From: Myxococcota bacterium
GTDB lineage: Bacteria; Myxococcota_A; SURF-8
DNA length: 64,000 nt
Direction of reading: 5' to 3'
Assembly: GCA_963674735.2 (NCBI GenBank)
Contig: CAXXQS010000001.1
Coordinates: 1,952,001-2,016,000, forward strand
Both the position numbers and the translations under genes were made by a program. This document shows, piece by piece, positions 58,774-64,000 of this stretch (positions are counted from its first letter, which is position 1; each line of letters starts with the position of its first letter). The notes beneath the pieces were generated by a model, which searched no databases, was not told the DNA's origin, and saw nothing but the letters and a program-made list of their open reading frames with translations.

Positions 58774-59373
58774 ATGAAACGTTTCTGTTGGATTCAGGTG
58801 ATTATATTGGTTCTATCGGGCGTCCTGGCTGCCTGTTCGAGCGATTCGGGTTCCGAGACAGGGACCGTAACGGTGACGCTTCAGGATACGCCTGCCAACG
58901 TGGAAAAGCTGGAAGTCACGCTCTCCGAGGTATCCGTTCATTTCGTCCCGCAGGGAAATAGCGAAGATGAGGATGGCGACCAGAACAATGACGGCGATTC
59001 CAGCGATTACGAGACGGCTGGAAGCGACATCGACAAACCCGCCTGGGTGAACATTCTGTCCGAGGAGGAAGCCACCTTCGATCTGATTCTTCTCAAGGAC
59101 AACCCGACCGTGCTGGGCAGCATTGAACTGGGCGAGGGCAAGATCACCCAGATTCGCCTTTATCTGTCCGAAACCACCGCGCCCGTGGCAACCATCGACG
59201 GGATCGAACATCCCGTGACGGTCCCGTCCGGGAAGATCAAACTGGTCGGCCAGTTCGACATCGTAGCGGATCATGAGACCGTCATCCGTCTGGACTTCGA
59301 CGCCGCCGAGTCGCTCAAGGAAAATGCCAATGGCTACAGGCTCCAACCCACAATCAAGATTGTGGCGGAATAG
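58774..59373 (+). CDS. DUF4382-family lipoprotein
   Basis: LAAC; VTLQDTP, VTLSEVSVH, FDLILL, ITQIRL, VPSG, LDFDAAESL, YRLQPTI. Confidence 0.85.
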   Translation: MKRFCWIQVIILVLSGVLAACSSDSGSETGTVTVTLQDTPANVEKLEVTLSEVSVHFVPQGNSEDEDGDQNNDGDSSDYETAGSDIDKPAWVNILSEEEATFDLILLKDNPTVLGSIELGEGKITQIRLYLSETTAPVATIDGIEHPVTVPSGKIKLVGQFDIVADHETVIRLDFDAAESLKENANGYRLQPTIKIVAE

Positions 59374-59481
59374 CCATGACATACCGGATTTAAATCGATC
59401 CAGTTAAAACGCAGACACTCGGAATTTTCCGGTACTGCGGTGGAACGTCGAGTTGAAAGAACCTGGAAAAAGAGGAAAGAC

Positions 59482-60015
59482 ATGTCCATAAAAAGACAGA
59501 TAGCCAGAAGGCTCAGGGTGTTGGCCGCTATAGCCATCTGCATACTGGCCATCTCGGCGACCGGTTCGATTGCAAACGCCAGCAACATCGAGCAGCCGGG
59601 TCGTTTTGGCTTGGGCTTGAGTGTCGGATGGCCGGGACCGGCACTCTCCACCAACACATTCGTGGCCGATTGGATGAGCATCCAGGCCAACATCGGCCCA
59701 TTTTGGTCGTTTCATGGCGGCTTCGTGGCGGCCGATTACCTCTTCTGGCTGCACGACATCGTCAAGGTCGAGGCGCTCGACTTCACCTGGTTCGTCGGTC
59801 CCGGCCTGGTCTTCGCCTTCTGGGGGGATTCCCATCATTCCTACCGAAGCGGTTCCAACATGGCCGGAGCGGTGGAGGGAGACATCGGTCTGGCGTTGCA
59901 GTTCAAGCAACAGCCGTTCGACCTGGTTTTCCAGATGGCTCCGGGCATCATGTTCGGTGAATTCGGGGCCGCGTTCTGGATCCAGGGCGGCGCGGCCTTC
60001 CGCTATTATTTCTAG
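59482..60015 (+). CDS. Small outer-membrane beta-barrel protein (DUF3996-like)
   Basis: Signal peptide, FGLGLSVGWP, alternating strands, C-terminal FRYYF. Confidence 0.75.
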   Translation: MSIKRQIARRLRVLAAIAICILAISATGSIANASNIEQPGRFGLGLSVGWPGPALSTNTFVADWMSIQANIGPFWSFHGGFVAADYLFWLHDIVKVEALDFTWFVGPGLVFAFWGDSHHSYRSGSNMAGAVEGDIGLALQFKQQPFDLVFQMAPGIMFGEFGAAFWIQGGAAFRYYF

Positions 60016-60124
60016 CAGTCTTACTTTTCCCAATCGCGCTTGCCAGTTGAGGTTGGGGTTACACACGCTATGGCAATCAAAATATGTCGCCAGCCGCCAT
60101 CATCCTGAAAGAAAGACGAACACC

Positions 60125-60250
60125 ATGAATATCCTGATAAAGACCGATCGCAACATTGATGGACACCGGACGCTATCCGATCAGATCAGCGGTATAGTGG
60201 AGGGCTGTCTGGCTGATCATTTCCGCCGTACGATAACAGCAAGTGCGTAA
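60125..60250 (+). pseudogene. Truncated HPF/RaiA-like fragment
   Basis: MNILIKTDRNIDGHRTLSDQISGIVEGCL resembles the MQIQINTDxNIxG N-terminus; stops after 41 aa. Confidence 0.55.
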
Positions 60251-60307
60251 AAACGATGCTCGAATGTGATATCAACAATCCGAAAATCCTTGAAAGGCGA
60301 CAAACCG

Positions 60308-60442
60308 ATGCAGGATAAAGATCAGAAAAAAAGACAGGATAAATCGAACAAACCAAAACTCACCAAGAAAGAAAAAAAAGCGAAAAAGAAAGACAAGCAA
60401 AAAGACAAAGAAGAGATTGGTGGAATCAAAACTGAGAAGTGA
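60308..60442 (+). CDS. Small Lys-rich peptide (44 aa)
   Basis: MQDKDQKKRQDKSNKPKLTKKEKKAKKKDKQK...; weak RBS. Confidence 0.4.
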   Translation: MQDKDQKKRQDKSNKPKLTKKEKKAKKKDKQKDKEEIGGIKTEK

Positions 60443-60559
60443 GTAACCTGGATTTTGGCAGGAATACGTCATTCCAACCGGTTTAAGGATTTCCATATGC
60501 ATTTCATGCCTAGATCGGAATGAGTTGTCATGTTCGTTTCCGGCATATGTACGTAGTCA

Positions 60560-61468
60560 TCAATCTCCGTTGCCAAAAATCTTTTTACGGGCTTCTTCAT
60601 TGATTGCGACCAGGACAGGGTGTTTCAGTTTCTTCTCCACCGAAACGGCATAGAACCGAACACGCACATCATCCAGTGTGCCGACCGGGCGAACGTTGTA
60701 TCGTTTCCGCATCTCATCGACAATGACGCTGGGTGCAGGGAAAAGCCCCATGCCGGATTGTCCAAACACCTTAAGAAGGATGCTGTCTTCAAATTCGCCG
60801 ACGATTTGCGGGCGTATTTCCCGAGAAACAAACCACTGGTCTATGGATTGTCGTATTTCGGTATTCTCGGTCGGTAAAAGAAACGGAGCGCCGTCAAGGG
60901 ACTGCGGAAAACCTCGTTTATACCGCGTAACCATTTCGCCGGATCCAAAAACAGTAAGTCCGCATTCTCCCAGCAAGTGATTGTAAGCCTTGACTCTGAT
61001 GGAAGGGTCCATCGGCGTATCGGTTAAAACCACATCCAAGTTGTGAATCGCCAGTTCGGCTAACAGCTCTTTTGGTTTGTCTTCTCTACAAACGAGGTTG
61101 AGCGGCCCTAACTGCTGAACGGTCGGAGCTAGCAGTAAATGTGCGATCAACCGGGGAAAGGAGTTGGCGATACCGATGATGACCTTGGGCGGGCGATTGG
61201 TGGGGTTACCCTTCAACACATCCTGCATCTCTCGACCGAGGGTGAAAATCTCATTGGCATAGCGGAACACCGTTTGCCCTACTTCGGTCAAAACCAGGTT
61301 GCGCCCCTTTTTGTCGAAAAGCTTCTCCCCTAGAACCTCCTCGAATCGCTTGATCTGGCCGCTGATCGTCGGTTGCGCCAGGCGAAGCACTTCGCTCGCT
61401 TTGACGATGCTCCCTTCCTTCGCAACAGTCCAGAAGTAAAGGAGATGATGGTAGTTGATCCATTCCAT
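60560..61468 (-). CDS. nhaR: LysR-family transcriptional activator NhaR
   Basis: MEWINYHHLLYFWTVAKEGSI, QPTISGQI, YANEIFTLGRE, GEFEDSILLKVFG, KLKHP. Confidence 0.9.
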   Translation of the reverse strand: MEWINYHHLLYFWTVAKEGSIVKASEVLRLAQPTISGQIKRFEEVLGEKLFDKKGRNLVLTEVGQTVFRYANEIFTLGREMQDVLKGNPTNRPPKVIIGIANSFPRLIAHLLLAPTVQQLGPLNLVCREDKPKELLAELAIHNLDVVLTDTPMDPSIRVKAYNHLLGECGLTVFGSGEMVTRYKRGFPQSLDGAPFLLPTENTEIRQSIDQWFVSREIRPQIVGEFEDSILLKVFGQSGMGLFPAPSVIVDEMRKRYNVRPVGTLDDVRVRFYAVSVEKKLKHPVLVAINEEARKKIFGNGD

Positions 61469-61605
61469 TAAAAAATGTTACCTCGAATATTTCGAAGATA
61501 CAAGCTCAATCTTCCTAATTGTCAAACTAGTTGGCAAAGGTTCATGATGATACTTGGCAGCCATTTAAATCTTGTATTTTGATTGCAACCGGAAGGAACT
61601 CGACA

Positions 61606-62220
61606 ATGGAAAGGATAGGTACGGCCCATGAAACGATTGTCGACGATGTATCCATCGCCTGGGGCGAAATGGATTCAGGATATCCGCTGCTTCTTCTTCA
61701 CGGACTATACGATTCCCATCGCACATGGCGGCGCGTTGCACCATTGTTGGCTGAACACTTCCGTGTTCAGATGCCGGATCTCCCCGGCCACGGGTACTCC
61801 GGCCGCTCCGGTGCGTGCTATACGCTGGAATGGCATTCGGCAATGGTGGCGACGTGGATGGACACCTTAGGAATCGAGTGCGCCCACGTATGCGGCCACT
61901 CATACGGAGGAGGAGTGGCCCAACGGATGTTCCTTATGCCCGCCATCGCCCTATTCTGGGGATCGAAAGACCCATTCATTCCAATACGACACGGCAGAAA
62001 AACCGTTGCCCATTCGGAAGGCATCACCCTCACGACATATCCGAATTGCGGATATTACGCTCAACTCGAAGTCCCGGATCAATTTGCCAGCGATTTAATC
62101 GCCTTTCTCCTCGATCCGCAGCGGCGTTCGGCGCGTTTCCCGAAATCACCGTCGATAAGCAGGCGTGCAACACGTTTCGGCAAGAAACATCTCTCTGAAG
62201 AACATAGGAGACAACTATGA
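61606..62220 (+). pseudogene. Alpha/beta hydrolase with internal deletion
   Basis: LLLHG, DLPGHGYS, GHSYGG followed almost directly by ALFWGSKDPFIP (cap region missing); expected catalytic His is Tyr (CGYYAQLE). Confidence 0.7.
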
Positions 62221-62534
62221 ATGTCACCATTATCAATGGCGATTTCGAGATAAGCGACGAGGAGAAGGCGAGCATCGAAGGTCGTATACGTCTCGCGCTT
62301 GGTCGATATTCCACGAAAATTGCACGTGTTTCGGTGAAACTCTCCCAAACCTCCGCACCGGACGAGGCACATAATATTTGCCGTCTCGAAGTGCTCTTAC
62401 GCCCGACCCGAAAAATCGTCGTTGAGGATAAAGATACTGATTTGCAGGCGGCGGTCGATCGGGCCGCCGTCCAAATGGCCCGCTCGGTTGAGCGGAAACT
62501 CAGGCGCGAGCGTGCGCTTAACGGTTATCGCTGA
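62217..62534 (+). CDS. HPF/RaiA ribosome-associated family protein
   Basis: RIRLALGRYSTKIARVSVKL...CRLEV...VVEDKDTDLQAAVDRAA. Confidence 0.85.
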   Translation: MNVTIINGDFEISDEEKASIEGRIRLALGRYSTKIARVSVKLSQTSAPDEAHNICRLEVLLRPTRKIVVEDKDTDLQAAVDRAAVQMARSVERKLRRERALNGYR

Positions 62535-62910
62535 AAGATACGTCTTTTAGTAATGGCGCAACTACTGTCTTTGTCAACGAATTCAGAGGCGTGGCAAATT
62601 GGGCTTATCCAAGGATTTGATCTTGCCAGTAAACGGCCAATAAAAGGATTTAATTTTAGATATTGCGACCAATTTCTCGAATTCATACAACAGCTAAAGA
62701 AGAAATTTTCACCTCTTGCCGGGAACATGGTTCCCTTAGCCAACGGCATGATCCGTACCGTCCACACCCCCCCATTCTCCCAGCATCTACAGCACCGACC
62801 AGGGGGCTACCGCTCGGGCATCACCGCCGAGAACGCTGTCCAGGATGATCCGGAACTCGTCCAGGCATATTTCTTTTCTGACCACCACCCCGTATAGACT
62901 ATTTGCCTAG

Positions 62911-63096
62911 ATACTGTGACTTATTCGCAGTGCTCCGCTTAAACTTCCTTATAGACGATACGTCTATCCGAGACGTACTGTAAAGACGTAGACTCGAATG
63001 AAAATGAGGAGAAACAGCATGGAATCGTTATTGATGACAGGATCGGTAATCGTACTTGGAGTTTTGACCCTGCTGGCGTTCTTCGGCATCCGGATT
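62911..63096 (+). repeat. Diverged duplicate of the SPFH promoter and first codons (52972-53157)
   Basis: Shared TTCGCAGT, CGCTTAAACTTCCT.ATAGACGATA, ACGTAGACT, GGATCGGTAATCGTA. Confidence 0.85.
62951..62967. promoter_or_regulatory. Palindrome ATAGACG-ATA-CGTCTAT, candidate LysR/NhaR site
   Basis: Perfect 7-bp inverted repeat; the left half is conserved at ~53012. Confidence 0.45.
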
Positions 63097-63111
63097 CCAG
63101 GTTTCGAATGA
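63019..63111 (+). CDS. 30-aa single-TM mini-ORF derived from the SPFH N-terminus
   Basis: MESLLMTGSVIVLGVLTLLAFFGIRIPGFE*; GAGGAG RBS; stop overlaps the next ATG (ATGA). Confidence 0.55.
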   Translation: MESLLMTGSVIVLGVLTLLAFFGIRIPGFE

Positions 63112-64000
63112 ACGACATCCCCCCTCAAAAGAAAAAGGACTCTCCTGCTATCGACAAGGATTGCGACACTTCAAATGGCATTTCGGAGGTGCGTCGGAAG
63201 GAAGCTCTGCTTACCGCGGAAGCCCTGCAGAAAGCGATATTCAACAGTGCCAATTTCTCGAGCATTGCCACCGACGCTCACGGCGTAATCCAGATATTCA
63301 ACGTCGGCGCCGAGCGTATGCTGGGCTATCTCGCAGCAGAGGTGATGAACAAGATCACCCCCGCCGATATTTCCGACCCATTGGAAATGATTGCGCGCGC
63401 CGAGGCGCTCTCTGCTGAACTTAATACCATGATAACACCGGGTTTCGAGGCCTTGGTGTTCAAGGCCTCACGCGGCATTGAAGACATCTACGAATTGACC
63501 TACATCCGCAAAGACGGCAGTCGTTTTCCTGCGGTGATGTCGGTTACTGCACTACGGGACGATCAGGACGCCATCATCGGATATCTGTTGATCGGCACCG
63601 ACAACACCGCGCGCAAGCAGATCGAAGAGGAACGTATGAAGCTCGATCAGAGCTTGCGTAATCAGCAGTTCTACACACGCTCTCTCATCGAGTCCAATAT
63701 CGATGCGATAATAACCACAGATCCTCAAGGTATCATCACTGATATCAACAAGCAGATGGTAGTGCTCACTGGTTGTACGCGCGACGAGCTGATCGGCTCA
63801 CCGTTCAAAATTTATTTTACAGATCCGGCGCGAGCCGAGGCGGGCATCAAGAAAGTGTTGACCGAAGGTACGGTCACCGACTATGAACTCACCGCACTCA
63901 ATCGGGACGGCAAGAAGACAATGGTATCCTACAATGCCAGCACCTTCTATGACCGCGAAAGGAAGTTGCAGGGCGTGTTTGCAGCGGCTCGCGACGTCAC
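63108..64000 (+). CDS. Multi-PAS sensor protein (probably a histidine kinase), partial
   Basis: ALQKAIFNSANFSSIATDAHGVIQIFNVGAERMLGY...YELTYIRKDGSRFP...TDNTARKQ...SLIESNIDA; open to the window end. Confidence 0.88.
   Translation, partial: MNDIPPQKKKDSPAIDKDCDTSNGISEVRRKEALLTAEALQKAIFNSANFSSIATDAHGVIQIFNVGAERMLGYLAAEVMNKITPADISDPLEMIARAEALSAELNTMITPGFEALVFKASRGIEDIYELTYIRKDGSRFPAVMSVTALRDDQDAIIGYLLIGTDNTARKQIEEERMKLDQSLRNQQFYTRSLIESNIDAIITTDPQGIITDINKQMVVLTGCTRDELIGSPFKIYFTDPARAEAGIKKVLTEGTVTDYELTALNRDGKKTMVSYNASTFYDRERKLQGVFAAARDV

Overview
Bacterial accessory region, heavily invaded by IS elements. Gene style (Asp/Gly-rich lipoproteins, Cys-rich repeats, TIGR02147, DsrMK-like genes, sigma-54 regulation) suggests a deltaproteobacterial-type host such as Myxococcota or Desulfobacterota; this is inference only. 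Left part (3-29.4 kb): two divergently transcribed giant predicted lipoproteins flank an IS481 and a NarX/NarL-type two-component pair. They share an ungapped 95-aa module right after the N-terminal Cys (52/95 identical by hand count) but have unrelated stalks and tips. Giant A (probably one ~2.7k-aa gene split by a 1-nt frameshift near 11620) has Cys repeats, an FG-GAP loop, a long helical/coiled-coil hairpin and a C-terminus reminiscent of Tc-toxin A subunits, and is followed by two lipoproteins. Giant B has 25 Ig-like repeats, FG-GAP loops and two Ser/Thr-rich amphipathic beta-hairpin-like segments. This pair is my best candidate for an undescribed surface-tethered modular pore-former/adhesin system. 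Middle (29.5-49 kb): IS3-family copies, a TIGR02147-lipoprotein-Lcl-CotH operon, and a sigma-54-controlled DsrMK-like module whose activator carries a catalytically dead LMW-phosphatase/ArsC-like domain. Then tRNA-Ser(TGA) surrounded by integrase and IS debris. Right (53-64 kb): a stress/envelope cluster (SPFH, radical SAM, DUF4398/OmpA, CsbD, DUF3494 ice-binding protein, NhaR, HPF, PAS sensor). All domain calls come from motif recognition by eye; no database searches were run.
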